Positions 39,380-51,660 of a DNA stretch of 64,000 bases are shown in pieces (the stretch's first letter is position 1; every line of letters starts with the position of its first letter). Under the pieces are notes generated by a model. It was not told where the DNA came from, made no database searches, and saw nothing but the letters and a program-made list of their open reading frames with translations. The DNA is taken from NCBI RefSeq assembly GCF_964213995.1, contig NC_135817.1, forward strand, positions 70,742,001-70,806,000, in the 5' to 3' direction. Origin of the DNA: Mustelus asterias. Its lineage: Eukaryota. Both the position numbers and the translations under genes were made by a program.

Positions 39380-39445
39380 CTGAAGTTAAGGATGGGTCAA
39401 TGTCATGCTGCTAAGGTAGAGAGTAACGCTCAGTAACTACTGCCA
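39380..39445 (-). other. Putative non-coding first exon of the VJ-C1 receptor gene (contains a 6-codon uORF)
   Basis: Strong donor CAG|gtaagc at 39380/39379, just downstream of a PU.1-like motif. The leader exon has an acceptor 13 nt before its ATG, so an upstream exon is expected. Confidence 0.55.
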
Positions 39446-39446
39446 A

Positions 39447-39510
39447 CGCTTCCTCTTTTGGAGATATGTGATGTGAGGTGATAGGAGAATTGCAACTAAA
39501 CAATGTGGTT
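39447..39510 (-). promoter_or_regulatory. Candidate haematopoietic TATA-less promoter (PU.1/ETS, GATA and RUNX motifs)
   Basis: Minus-strand AAAAGAGGAAGCG at 39447-39459, TGATAG at ~39479, TGTGGTT at 39504-39510. Confidence 0.5.
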
Positions 39511-39654
39511 GATGAAAAATCTTTGCCTTTAACAAGATAATTTTTGACTACTGCAAAGTTCAGTATTAAATCTCACTTCAACAATAAGACTAATATTAAA
39601 TTGAATGAAATTCTATTGACAGGCCGCAGTAGTGTAACAAAATCATATTTGGGG

Positions 39655-39920
39655 CGTGGGGAAATGTTTAGAGGAGATGTGCGAGACAAGTTTTTTTACA
39701 CAGAGGGGGGTGAATGTCTGGAATGCGCTGCCCGGGGAGGTGGTGGGAGCGGGTACGATAGCGGCATTTAAGGGGCAACTAGATAAATACATGAATAGGA
39801 TGGGAATGGAAGGATACGGACTCCTTAAGTGCATACAGTTTTAGGTTAGGCAGGCATCATGATCGGCGCAGGCTTGGAGGGACGAAGGGCCTGTTCCTGT
39901 GCTGTACTGTTCTTTGTTCT
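39655..39920 (+). mobile_element. CR1 LINE 3' fragment
   Basis: FFTQRGVNVWNALPGEVV plus tail. Confidence 0.85.
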
Positions 39921-40067
39921 TTATTTAGCTTTCGCTTTGTGGCTTTATTGATCATTGTCATTTACAGCACAGGACCAGGCATCTGGCCCACTGAATTGTT
40001 GTTGGCTCCATGAATAAACTAATCCAAATGGTGCCTTCATTCATTTATAATCTGATACATGTCACAT

Positions 40068-40393
40068 TGGTGGCACAGTGCTTAGCACTGCTGCCTCACA
40101 GCTCCAGGGACCTGGGTTCGATTCCCAGCTTGGGTCACTGTGTGTGTGAAGTTTGTACATTCTCCCAGAGTCTGCGTGGGTTTCCTCCGGGTGCTCCGGT
40201 TTCCTCCCACAGTCCAAAGATGTTAGGTTGATTGGCCATGATAAATTGCCCATAGTGTCCTGGGATGAGTAGGATGGAGGTATTAGCGGGGTAAATGCAT
40301 GGGGTTGTGTTGATAGGGCCTGGGGTGGGATTGTGGTCGGTGCAGGCTCGATGGGCCGAATGGCCTCCTTCTGCACTGTAGTGATTCTATGAT
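40068..40393 (+). mobile_element. HE1-like V-SINE
   Basis: Homologous to 1466-1785. Confidence 0.9.
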
Positions 40394-41585
40394 TTGCTAT
40401 TTTTCTGTTCTCGAGCACAATCATGGTGTTTATGAATTTTTAAACAACATTTCCACTGCAATGACTAACTGTCGTCAAGGTGACATTTATAAAATGGTTT
40501 GTATCACACTACAGACTCACTCCATCACCTTTTACCTCCCCTGTCACCTACCAACCTCTCCCCACCTCACCCTCCACTCACCGAATGCCACCAATCTGCT
40601 CCTCTCTGTCACCCTTCGACCTCCCTTGTTATCCATTACGATTCACCTCTACATTCCTTCCCTTCCTCAGGCCTGGCACCCATTACCATCCCCATGCCCA
40701 CCTCGACCCTGCCCCTCCTGTTATCTGAACTACTTGTCTCGCCCTCTCTCTGTGGTATCCCCAACCCTCCCCTGAGACTTTCACCCACCAAACCCTGAAC
40801 GTGCCACATCCCACTCCCTCCTCTAACTGTGACTGTTCCTTCCTATCACCAGAATCCTGAATTCAACCCCCCCCCCCCCCCCCCACCCCCACCCAAGGAC
40901 CCCACTGTGTCAACGCCACATACCCTGCTCTCCAGGACACTCTCAGCCCCTGGTTCCAGCTCTGGCACAGTTTCTGATACTGTCACTCCCTATGAGTGAA
41001 GTGAGGTCCACAAGAGGGTAAAAGCAGCACCCACTGACCTCAGATTTGAGGTAGAGGTGAAGCAGGCCAGGCACACGCCACTTAGAGTCCTAAATGTGGA
41101 TGTTAGTTGGGAGGATGGGCGTAATTCCAGTCAGGTGGCCTTTTGATGCTATTACATGCAAATGGGGATCCCGACATCCTTCATCACGAAGTTAACCTGC
41201 CTTTTGGCCACCTTGGAAATCGGGAGAAAAAAATTCAAACAGTCCCATTTCAGCCATTGGTGGCAGGGCCGGAAGATTCCGCCATGGTGTGCCCAGCTCA
41301 ATGGACTGGAATGTGGAAGACACAGTGAGGCAAATTAGCTTGCCATTTTTGGATATGTGCTCAAGTCTCCTTCAGTCTCTGTTGTTTAAAAAGTTCAATT
41401 TGGGTTTTCAGCCAATGGATTAAGAATCAGGGTTTGACATAAGGCACATTTTTGTGACAAGGCCCCAAACTGTCATTAACTCTGCCACGGACACTGCAAC
41501 AGGAACCCGACATTGCAAGGAACAGCTTTTTGAAGATCTACCAAGACAATGCATTCGTAACTTAGCGAGAAAAGTAAGATCCTAA

Positions 41586-42017
41586 CTGAGTGGCATGCCT
41601 TATGAGGATAGGCTGAGGGAGCTCGGTCTTTTCTCCTTGGAGAGACATAGGATGAGAGGAGACCTAATAGAGGTATATAAGATGTTGAGAGGCATAGATC
41701 GGGTGGACTCTCAGAGGCTTTTTCCCAGGGTGAAAATGGCTGCTATGAGAGGGCACAGGTTTAAGGTGCTGGGGGGTAGATACAGGGGAAATGTTAGGGG
41801 GAAGTTTTTCACACAGAGGGTGGTGGGCAAGTGGAATCGGCTGCTGTCAGTGGTGGTGGAGGCAAACTCAATAGGGTCTTTTAAGAGACTCCTGGATGAG
41901 TACATGGGTCTTAATAGGATGGAGGGTTATAGGTAGGCCTAAAAGGTAGGGATATGTTCGGCACAACTTGTGGGGCCGAAGGGCCTGTTTTGTGCTGTAG
42001 TTTTTCTATGTTTCTAT
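41586..42017 (+). mobile_element. CR1 LINE 3' fragment, same subfamily as 30047-30550
   Basis: Near-identical to 30117-30550. Confidence 0.9.
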
Positions 42018-42606
42018 GAAACTGTATGTCCCATTTTACTCTGTGGCCTAATTTGCTTGTCAGAATAAGGTCACATTAGCAACAGATCAACAGATCCTGT
42101 ATTATCATTTGACCACAATAAGAATACTATCTTGCATTTTTTTCTCTGTTTCCTGTATCATTTGAGTCCTGGTTTTCTGTGTATCTTTATCTATGCAGGT
42201 GTCATTAAGTGTTATCATGCAACCATTTTTTTTCAATGTTTTCTTACTCCCTAATGGCAGTGGCTGTTATTTACACTTCTTAATGCTCGGAAAACTATTT
42301 TCATACGGCATACCATATCACCTGTCTCAGAGGCACACCAACTTCAAGACAAATTATTTAGCAAACCTTTCTTTCTCTCTTTGTGAAGAGGAGCACGAAG
42401 ATATAAAGGACATCAAAATGCGGCACTGAACCAATTCAATGGCATAATTTTGAAGATATCGTCTGTCTCTGAATAAAAACTTGCTGGGGTTATTTTTTTT
42501 AAGATTGCACCCCCTTTAAAACCCAGAAAGAGTTTCCCCGTCAAGCTAAATCAAGTGGTGAGAAGGCTAAAGAAACCATCATGGCAAGTGAATTGATGTA
42601 GGCGGC

Positions 42607-44585
42607 TGGTTATTGTTCAGTAGGTCTTGATGAAGTCTTTATAGTCTTAAGTATATTAACTGTAATTCCAAGAATTATGTACATATACACAGTATAGGGT
42701 TCAAGCTAGGTGCTGTCACCATATTTATACACACAGCTTTATCCAACACTCGACTGACCCCTGGGTGCGGATCACGTACCTTCCTACATCACTGTTAACT
42801 CTAGTTGTGCCAGACTCTTATCTTCCCCCAAGTCTTTATCCATTGTATTTCAAATTATTCTAGTTTACACCTTGTACTTCCATCGTTTATACTAACCCAT
42901 CTCCTCTCATATATATATATATATAATATATATATGAGTTCATAAGTTCAGGCCGTCTGGTGTCCCTATAACTCTTCCATATCCTGTTGGTGGTTCTGTC
43001 CTTGCTAGTAAAATCTGTTGATCTGAAATCTGGGTATCTTTTCATTCCCTTTATCCATTCCTTGGTATTGAACCACTCTTTGTCGATTTGGCAGTAGCGG
43101 TTGTTGATTTATCCCTTTTTCACCGGGTGGACAAAGGCTTGTGGCCATGTCACTTTTTTCCTCTTCTTCCTTCATTGTGTGGGTTGTTGGGTGTTAACTT
43201 GTTCAGTTTCTGTCTTCTTATCCAGACCGGAAGCGATCATGTATCTAAGGAATCGTTTTCTCCAAAGTCCCCAATTCTGTGATTGATCTGGGATTTGGAT
43301 AGGTCCAGATTGATCTGGAAGAATGGATTTCTGATCCATGGTTAAAAAAATCTAGAGTGTAGGTTCAGCTTTAAGAAATTGCTGAAATTCAAGATTTGTT
43401 TGAGGTCAAAGTGTTTACCCACACTTGCCAGTTTTGTTGGGCTCCTGCTGCAATGGCGTGCACACTCAGCCTTGAGAAAAATTTAATGTTTATTTATTTA
43501 CAAGTAGGTTTACATTAACACTGCAATGAAGTTACTGTGAAAATCCCCTAGTCGCGACACTCCGGCACCTGTTCAGGTACACTGAGGGAGAATTTAGCAC
43601 CTAACCAGCACGTCTTTCGGAGGAAACCGGAGCGCCCGGAGGAAACCCACGCAGACACAAGGAGAATGTGCAGACCCTGCATAGACAGTGACCCGAGCTG
43701 GGGAATCGAACCTGGGTCCCTGGCGCTCTGAGGCAGCAGTGCTAACCACTGTGCCACCATGTCACCCCAAATTTAATTGATTGCTTGGATTGACTGGCTG
43801 CTGACTTCTGCACTTTAGGGTTATGCTTTGGGATTGCAAAAGCATCAAATCCTAGCTTTGGTAATTTTTAAAGCTGATTCTTTTGTGGGATCCTTCTGAA
43901 TTATGTTTTTTTCCCCTCTTTTTGGAGCAAGCTTGGATGCCACATGTTCAGGTGTCAATCTGAGAATCTAATTGTTCCAGTGGAGTTTTTAAAGTGCAAT
44001 GTCTGAACTATTAAAAGTTTCCCAGGACTTGCTTCATCCTGGAATTTAAAAGTTTTAGATCACCCCTGCTGGGTCTGCTGATTCTGCACTCTGGGAATTG
44101 AAGCTGGTCTTCCAAGGAATCCTATTGACTCTTCTGCTGCAGTGAGGAATTTTAATTTTCTGCCTGCAGCTTCCAAGCCTTTCTTTCTTTGAAGCTTTCC
44201 CCTAACGATTTTCTTCTGTGTGTCTGCTTCTTGAACTTACCTCCAAGTCAGAATGCTACTTCAAATTTTTCTTTAGCCATGCCAGATTTTAGTTTCTCTC
44301 TGCATTTTTGCAAGGTTATCGTTTTCTATTCCCTGCCACCATGCTATCATTCAGAAGATCTTAATGAAGTCTTCGTAGTCTTTGTAGTATGTACGTTATC
44401 TGTATGCATTTATTAACTATAGGAACTAGGTACTTATATAAAAAGTAAAGGGTTCAAACTAGAAGCTGTCTCCAAACTTGCTTGTACAAATAGCTCTATC
44501 CAATAATACACTGACACCTAGGTGTGGGTCATGTGTTCTGTTACATCACTGTGTGGGTGGTGTTATATTCAGTCAGACTCATTTT
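42607..44585 (-). mobile_element. Old non-autonomous or internally deleted LTR retrotransposon
   Basis: Diverged direct repeats at ~42607-42820 and ~44342-44585. PBS-like TGGTGGCAG next to one LTR and PPT-like GGGGGAAGA next to the other (minus strand). Confidence 0.7.
43488..43760 (-). mobile_element. V-SINE, Rex1-type tail (inside the LTR element)
   Basis: Homologous to 12211-12505. Confidence 0.9.
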
Positions 44586-44589
44586 TTTT

Positions 44590-44950
44590 ATTCATTGGAT
44601 GTGGATGTCATAAGCTGGGCCCACATTTATTGCCCATCCCTATTGGCCCTTGAACTGATTGGCTTGTTGGACCATTTCAGGGGGTATTTTTTTAAATCGT
44701 GGCTCTGGAATCACACGCAAGCCAGACCAGGTGAGGCTGGCAGATTTCCTTCTCAAAAGGACATTAGTGAACCAGATAGATTTTTATGACAATAGTTTCA
44801 TGGTTATCATTAGACTTTTAATTCCAGATTTTTTTATTGAATTCAAATTTCACCATCTGCTGTGTTGGGATTTGAACCCAGGTCCTGAGGGCATTACCCT
44901 GGGTCTTTGGGTTACTAGTCTAGTGACAATACTGCTACACCACCACCTCT
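44590..44950 (-). mobile_element. tRNA-headed SINE with L2/CR1-group tail; other copies at ~31790-32055 and ~35620-35915
   Basis: B-box gggttcaaatccc on the minus strand; 3' end matches the LINE tail at ~62780-62830. Confidence 0.72.
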
Positions 44951-45539
44951 CCATCAGCAGCTACTGTCAGAAGAACTCACTTATCTAGCTGTGAGGACCA
45001 TCAATGCATTCTTCCTGTCCAGGTCCAGCCTCAGCCGTGGCCAGCACTCCCGGCGTTGTTGCTGAGGCTGCTGGCCCTGTGAATGTCTGGCAACTCCTGG
45101 GGTTGGATTAATGTCCTTAATGTGGATGGCAGCCCCAGGGGCAGCCACTTCCCTGCCAACCACTGTTGGCCCCAGCAGCGGAATCCTTGCAACCATAACA
45201 AAATCCAGCCCTCTGAGACAGATTCCCAAAGGAAGCAAAATCTGGTTTAAAATCCAGCTCCTAATTTTGTTAAAACATTTTTTTTGCACTATTTCATCAA
45301 AGGTCTCCTTAAAATCCACGGCCGGAATTTTACTGTTGGCCGGGCAGGCGCGCAACTCGCACGGAAGCTGGTGAAAATGTGCGAGAAGATCCCAAAGACA
45401 TTGTGCCCATGCACAGCATGCTGGAGTCTGAAAGGCACCCACTGACAATCAACAGAGAGATTAAGCTCATTAAGGTGTCATCGTAAGTGATTATACGTGG
45501 ACCATCCACCTTTGCGTTCGCAGACAAGCCAATCGCCAG

Positions 45540-46093
45540 CCCACCAACGCCTCTACTTTCTCAGAAGACTAAGGAAATTTAGCATGTCAGCTACAACTCT
45601 CACCAACGTTTACAGGTGCACCATAGAAACCATTCTTTCTGGTTGTATCACAGCTTGATGTGGCTCCTGCTCTGCCCAAGACCGCAAGAAACTACAAAAG
45701 GTTGTGAATGTAGCCCAATCCATCACGCAAACCAGCCTCCCATCCATTGACTCTGTCTACACTTCCCGCTGCCTTGGCAAAGCAGCCAGCATAATTAAGG
45801 ACCCCACGCACCCCGGACATTCTCTCTTCCACCTTCTTCTGTCAGGAAAAAGTCTGAGGTCACGTACCAACCGACTCAAGGACAGCTTCTTCCCTGCTGC
45901 CATCAGACTTTTGAATGGAACTACCTCGCACTAAGTTGATCTTTCTCACTCCCTAGCTATGACTGTAACACTACATTCTGCATTCTCTTGTTTCCTTCTC
46001 TATGAACGGTATGCTTTGTCTGTATAGCACGCAACAAACAATACTTTTCACTGTATGCTAATACATGTGACAATAATAAATCAAATCAAATCA
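45540..46093 (+). mobile_element. Rex1-like LINE 3' fragment
   Basis: Homologous to 13600-14157; (aaatc)n tail. Confidence 0.88.
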
Positions 46094-46114
46094 AGTTTTC
46101 TTCATGTTTTCATT

Positions 46115-46405
46115 ACCTCACAGCGCCAGGGACCCGGGTTTGATTCCTGGCCTTGGGTCACTGTCTGTGTGCAGTTTGCACGTTCTCCCCGTGTCTGCAT
46201 GGGTTTCCTCCGGGTGCCCCGGTTTCCTCGCACAGTCTGAAAGACGTGCTGGTTAGGTGCATTGGCCGTGCTAAATTCTCCCTCAGTGTTACCTGAACAG
46301 GCACCGGAGTGTGACCACTAGGGGATTTTCACAGTAACTTCATTGCAGCGTTAATGTAAGCCTACTTGTGACACTAATAAATAAACTTTACTTTTACTTT
46401 ACTTT
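46115..46405 (+). mobile_element. V-SINE, Rex1-type tail
   Basis: Homologous to 12211-12505. Confidence 0.9.
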
Positions 46406-47195
46406 TTACAACCTCGATCCAGGGCTGGGTGAAATGTGCCGGGTAAATATAATGAAATAATGACATCTGGGGCTGAGGGTTTTTTTTGAGTCCTGCTGTC
46501 AGGTGTTTGAATGTGTTGCATTGACACAGTGTGTCGTATTCTTTCCTCTCAGTTAATTTGTACAGGACTGCAGCTCCCTGAGGCAGTTCCGCAGCAGCTG
46601 CCTGCCTTCAGCAAGCTCATTAGAAGTGCCTGCCCGCCCCCTCGCTCCTCTCGGAGCCCGTACTCCCCCCCTCGGCAGCGCTGAGCATTTCTCAGCAAGT
46701 GTTTCACACTAGCTGCCTGTCAGTTGGCTAGCCAGTGTGTAGCTGCGGTCAGGGCCTGATCACAGTCAGGCAGCACATATTGCTTCCACTCCTGAGCCCA
46801 TCAACCGTGCAGGCCTGACCAGCGCAAGAACCAGGTCCATATTAAAATGATCTCCTGCATTCCATTATCACTGGCCCTTCAGCTAATCCTTCTCCTACTC
46901 CTCCTCCAGGTGGTGATGTGGGCTTGTGTCACAGCTTCTTGAAGGTCTGCAGCATAGAACAAAGGGTCATACATTAACTTTGGAATCATACTCGGGAGTG
47001 TATTGCTGAGCTCAATACAATACGGTCCAGCTCAGTGAGGTGCTGTCTGAGCAGCCTAATGTTCAGATCAATAAGATTTCTGGTGCAGCATGCCGCCCAT
47101 TGTAGATATACCCTCTGTGTGTGCCTGGATTCCTGACTGCAGTCATAAGCAAGGTTCTCTCTCATCTTTCATTGTGGCCTGTTTGCTGCACAGTG

Positions 47196-47516
47196 TGGCA
47201 CGGTGGCACAGTGGTTAGCACTGCTGCCTCACAGCGCCAGGGACCCGGGTTCAATTCCCAGCTTGGGTCACTGTCTGTGTGGAGTTTGCACGTTCTCCCC
47301 GTGTCTGCGTGGGTTTCCTCCGGGTGCTCCGGTTTCCTCCCACAGTCCAAAGATGTGCAGGTTAGGTTGATTGACCATGCTAAAATTAACCCTAGTGTCA
47401 GGGGGATTAGCAGGGTAAATATGAGGGTTTATGGGAATAGGACCTGGGTGGGATTGTGATCGGTGCAGACTTGATGGGCTGAATGGCCTCCTTCTGCACT
47501 GTTGGGATTCTATGAT
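47196..47516 (+). mobile_element. HE1-like V-SINE
   Basis: Homologous to 1466-1785. Confidence 0.9.
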
Positions 47517-47618
47517 CTTCCAGGGGGCTCTGTGGCCTGGCACCCGCACAGCGTAAAGGGATCATTGGTCAACAGCCATGTTGGGAGAGATATTTCTTGT
47601 CACCAAGTAGTCAGCTTA

Positions 47619-47930
47619 TGGGGCGGCACGGTGGCGCAGTGATTAGCACTGCTGCCTCACAGCACCAGGGACCTGGGTTCGATTCCTGGCTTGGGTCACT
47701 GTCTGTGTGGAATCTGCGCGTTCTCCCCATGTCTGCGTGGGTTTCCTCCGGGTGTTCCAGTTTCCTCCGACAGCCCCAAAAGATGTGCAGGTTAGGGTGC
47801 ATTGGCCATGCTAAATTCTCCCTCAGTGTACCCGAACAGGTGCCGGAGTGTGGCGACTAGGGGAATTTCACAGTAACTTCATTGCAGTGTTAATGTAAGC
47901 CTTACTTGTGACACAAATAAATAAACTTTA
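47619..47930 (+). mobile_element. V-SINE, Rex1-type tail
   Basis: Homologous to 12211-12505. Confidence 0.9.
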
Positions 47931-48297
47931 AAATTAAAAGTGTGAAAGCGAAGCACATTCACCCTATCAAGGCTACGCTGCAGTTTCCATTCACTGCAGC
48001 TAAGCCCCAGCTCACCAGTTGGATTCAAATGGAACCTGTGCCTTTAGATCACGGCAGAGGTCACCGGTGCGCGGTCTGCACTGGTTAGTCCCTTACAAAC
48101 CAATATCCATCCCTTTGAATAATTATTGACATGATCTCTAAGTTTCCCTTTTGCCAGTTTGAAGTTGTTATCCCAATTGTCATACCGTTCCCGTTTAACC
48201 TTGAAGTTCTGTTCACACCTATCATCTTATAAATCTCTCGTTGGTCACCTCTTCTTCAAAGCTGTAGAACTTTGGTTTCTTCACACAAGCAGAAGAC

Positions 48298-51200
48298 CAT
48301 ACGAACAATGAGTAGGCACTCAGCCCCTCAAGTCTGCTCTGCTATTGAAGTCGGTAAAAATACCTCTGAGGCTAGTCTGAGTCAAAATACAGTAAGGCTT
48401 TATTCTCACAAGCTTGCGGGAGAACTTGACCCCTTGAAAGCGGAAGCCAGAGTTCTCTCTGAACACAGAAAAGTGGGGATATATATACAGATTATGGCTC
48501 CCAGCACCAGTCACGACACAAACACTGGTCTGGTCATGAATCAAAGACCATACAACAGTCCTTGATCACGAAGCAGCAGTTCTCTGGCAGCTGTAGTCAC
48601 GATACAGTCTGAGGTTTCCTGCTCTTCCCCGGCCCTTCCTTTGAAGTTACCGGCATAATTGTAGCTGGCCCAGCGGGAGTCATCCTTTAAACGGCCGTTA
48701 TCATGCCCCACATCTTGTAATACTCTCTTCCGTTTACATTTACCACGCAAGCCTGTAGAAAAGGTAAGACTTGCATGTCTGCAAACACATTCACATTTAC
48801 ATTTGACTATCTAATGTCATAAGAATAAAAGTTAACTTGTATTAATGTCAGAAGCAGTATAAACAAGGGGATTAGCCATAATGAAGGGTTATGCTTGTGA
48901 TGCATTTTAAGTACAAAGTTCAGCCTTTGAGATACAAAATACATTAACCCTTTAGGTACAAAATACATTGAGTACAAAAGACATTAACCCTTTCCCTTCT
49001 TCACTATTCAATAAGATCATGGTTGATCTGATTGCAGTCTCAACATTCCCATCAATCCCTGATAACCTTTCACCCCCTTGCTTACCAAGAATCTATCTAG
49101 CTCTTAAAAATATTCAAAGACTGCTTCCACCTCCCTTTGAGAAACAGAGTTCCGAAAACCCGTGACCCTCAGAGAACCAAATTCTCCTCATCTCTGTCCT
49201 AAATGGGTGACCCCTTAATTCTGGACCCCTTGTTCTAGATTCTCCCACAAGAGAAACATCCTCTCCACATCCACCCTCTCAAGATGCCTCAGGATCTTAC
49301 ATTTTTCAATGAAGTCACCTCCTACTCTTCTAAACTCTAAGCCTTGTCTGTCCAACCTTTCCTCATAAAGCAACATGGCCATTCCAGATATCAGCCTGGT
49401 AAACCTTCCCTGAACTGCTTCCAAACATTTACATCCTTTTAAATAATTTAAATAATATGCCTCTTTTTTATACATCCTACCAAAATGGACAATTTTGCAT
49501 TTTTCCACATTATACTCAGATGTTTGCTCACTCACTTACTTAAACCATCGATATTCCTTTGTAGACTCCGTGTGTCCCCTTCACAGCATACTTTCCTACC
49601 TATCTTTGTTTCATTAGCAAATTTATCAAACATACCTTCCTTCCCTTCATCTAAATTATTTATATAAATTGTAAAAGGTTGAGGCCCCAGCACATATCAC
49701 CGTGGCAGGCAACTCACATGTTGAAAGCAGAATATTACCCATTTATGCCTACTCTCTGTTTCCTGTTAGCTAGCCAGTCTTCAATCCATGCCCATTTGTT
49801 ACCCCTTACACCGTGAGCTTTATTTTCCACAATAACCTTTAATGTGGCACCTTATCAAATGCCTTTTTGAACAGGCTCCCCTTTATCCACAGCGCATGTT
49901 ATTCCTGGAAAGAACTCCAATAAATTGGTTAATCATGATTTCCATTTCACAAAACCATGTTGACTCTGCCTGATTATCTTGACTGTATCTAAATGCCCTG
50001 TTATAACGGGCTGATTTTGAGCCCGCACTCTCCGTTTGCAGGAATGGTGTGTTCAAAATCCCGAGAGACTCGAGAAACGAGACTCGCGCCAGCAAGTTTC
50101 TGAGTTCTGATTTTCCAACCCCCTCACTGGCGGAGTAACGGAGTAACATGCCACGGGACCACTGAATGCTCATTTTGATACATTAGAGTGTCATTTGCGA
50201 GCACTCTCTCTGGGACTTTCCCCCCTCACCAGATATTCAACAGGTGCTGGTGTGACTTCACTCCGGCACCATTTACAATAGGTTTATATTGGCGTGAATC
50301 TGGGGAAGCTTCGGAGATGAGCGTCCAGGCAGCCAGCACCCTCCGTGGTGTGCACTGCTCAGGGGGCACCAGAGAGGTCGCTGGGGACACAGACAAGTTC
50401 AATACGGGGCCGGGAGTCCCAGAATTACCATCTCAAGGAAATGGGTTGAGAGGAGTCACTTGGAGATCTTACCTTCCCTTTAGCTAGGGTGCCCCTAGCT
50501 TTAAAGGGGCTGTGAAGACTGGTAAGCAGGGAGCGCTTCCTGGGTTTCTGTCCATATCGCAGCTGAGGGAGTGTCCTTCCTTAGGGGGGGATGGCTAGAG
50601 GATAGGAGGACTTGAAAACAAGAGGCTCGGCACTGGGGAGGGGACTGTGAGTTACTCGGGTGGGGTTCCATGAGAGGCGGGGCTGTGACGGCAGACTGGG
50701 GGATTCAGGAATGGGCTGTGTCTCCCCTCATGCCTGCAGGGCCTCACACTCGGGGGGAGGATGACTGCAGGGTGATTGGAACCCACACACAGGCAGCGGT
50801 GTGAGGACAAAGGGGAAAAGCTGCCCGACAGTCCAAAACCAATTGCCAGGGGGCGCTTGCGTGTAATGGGAGATCTCAATGGGTCATGGAAGACTGATGT
50901 GGAGATGCCGGCGTTGGACTGGGGTAAACACAGTAAGAAGTTAAGACTGCTCAGCTTTGCACCTCGTGACCTGGGAGAAACAGAGTGCCCTCTAGAAATG
51001 CGCAGGGGTAGAGTGCAGGACCCAGGGACTTGTCAGTCCACAGACCCAATAATTTTCTAAGTACTGCTCCCCTGGTGATTGTGATTTTCCTGATTTCCTC
51101 CCTCCCTTCCAATTCCTGATTTACAGCTAATTCTGGGATGTTGCTCATTTTTTCCATAGTGAAGGCTGGTGCAAAATACCTGTTCCGATCATCTGCCATC

Positions 51201-51350
51201 TCCTTATTTTCCATTAATTCCCAGACTGACATTCTATGAGACCAATGCTGACTTCATAACTCGTTTCTCTTTTAAATAATTTCAACACTCTGTCTTTATG
51301 TTTCTAGCTAGCTGTCCCTCGTATTAACCTTTTACTCATTAGTTTTTTTT
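48298..51350 (-). mobile_element. Old degenerate CR1 LINE interrupted by a solo LTR, a Harbinger-like element and a Penelope fragment
   Basis: NVEKCKIVHFGR, VQGRFTRLISG and NRYFAPAFT remnants; CR1 3' UTR at 48298-49100. Confidence 0.8.
48346..49003 (-). mobile_element. Solo LTR, ERV class-I-like (658 bp)
   Basis: Termini TGAAG..CTTCA and 4-bp TSD ctat at 48342-48345 and 49004-49007. TATA-like box ~48479-48487, AATAAA 48399-48404 (minus strand). It splits a CR1 3' UTR cleanly. Confidence 0.9.
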
Positions 51351-51434
51351 GTATTCTGTGCCACCTTCTGACCTGCCGCCCAACTTTGTGCAATAGTATG
51401 CTTTTTCTTTATGTTTGATATTATCTTTAACCTT

Positions 51435-51660
51435 GATTTTTTGATTTGATTTGATTTGATGTACTATTGTCACATGTATTAACATTCAGCGAAAAATATT
51501 GTTTCTTGCGTGCTATACAGACAAAGCATACCGTTCATAGAGAAGGAAAGGAGACAGTGCAGAATGTAGTGTTACAGTTGTAGCTAGGGTGTAGAGAAAG
51601 ATCAACTTAATGCGAGATAGGTCTATTCAAAAGTCTGACAGCAGCAGGGAAGAAGCTGTT
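51435..51660 (-). mobile_element. Rex1-like LINE 3' tail
   Basis: Reverse complement of the Rex1 tail, (tgatt)n. Confidence 0.85.

Noticed and set aside
48320-48752. Apparent minus-strand exon/ORFs with a good acceptor
   Set aside because: Lies within a solo LTR defined by TG..CA termini and a TSD; no protein motif.
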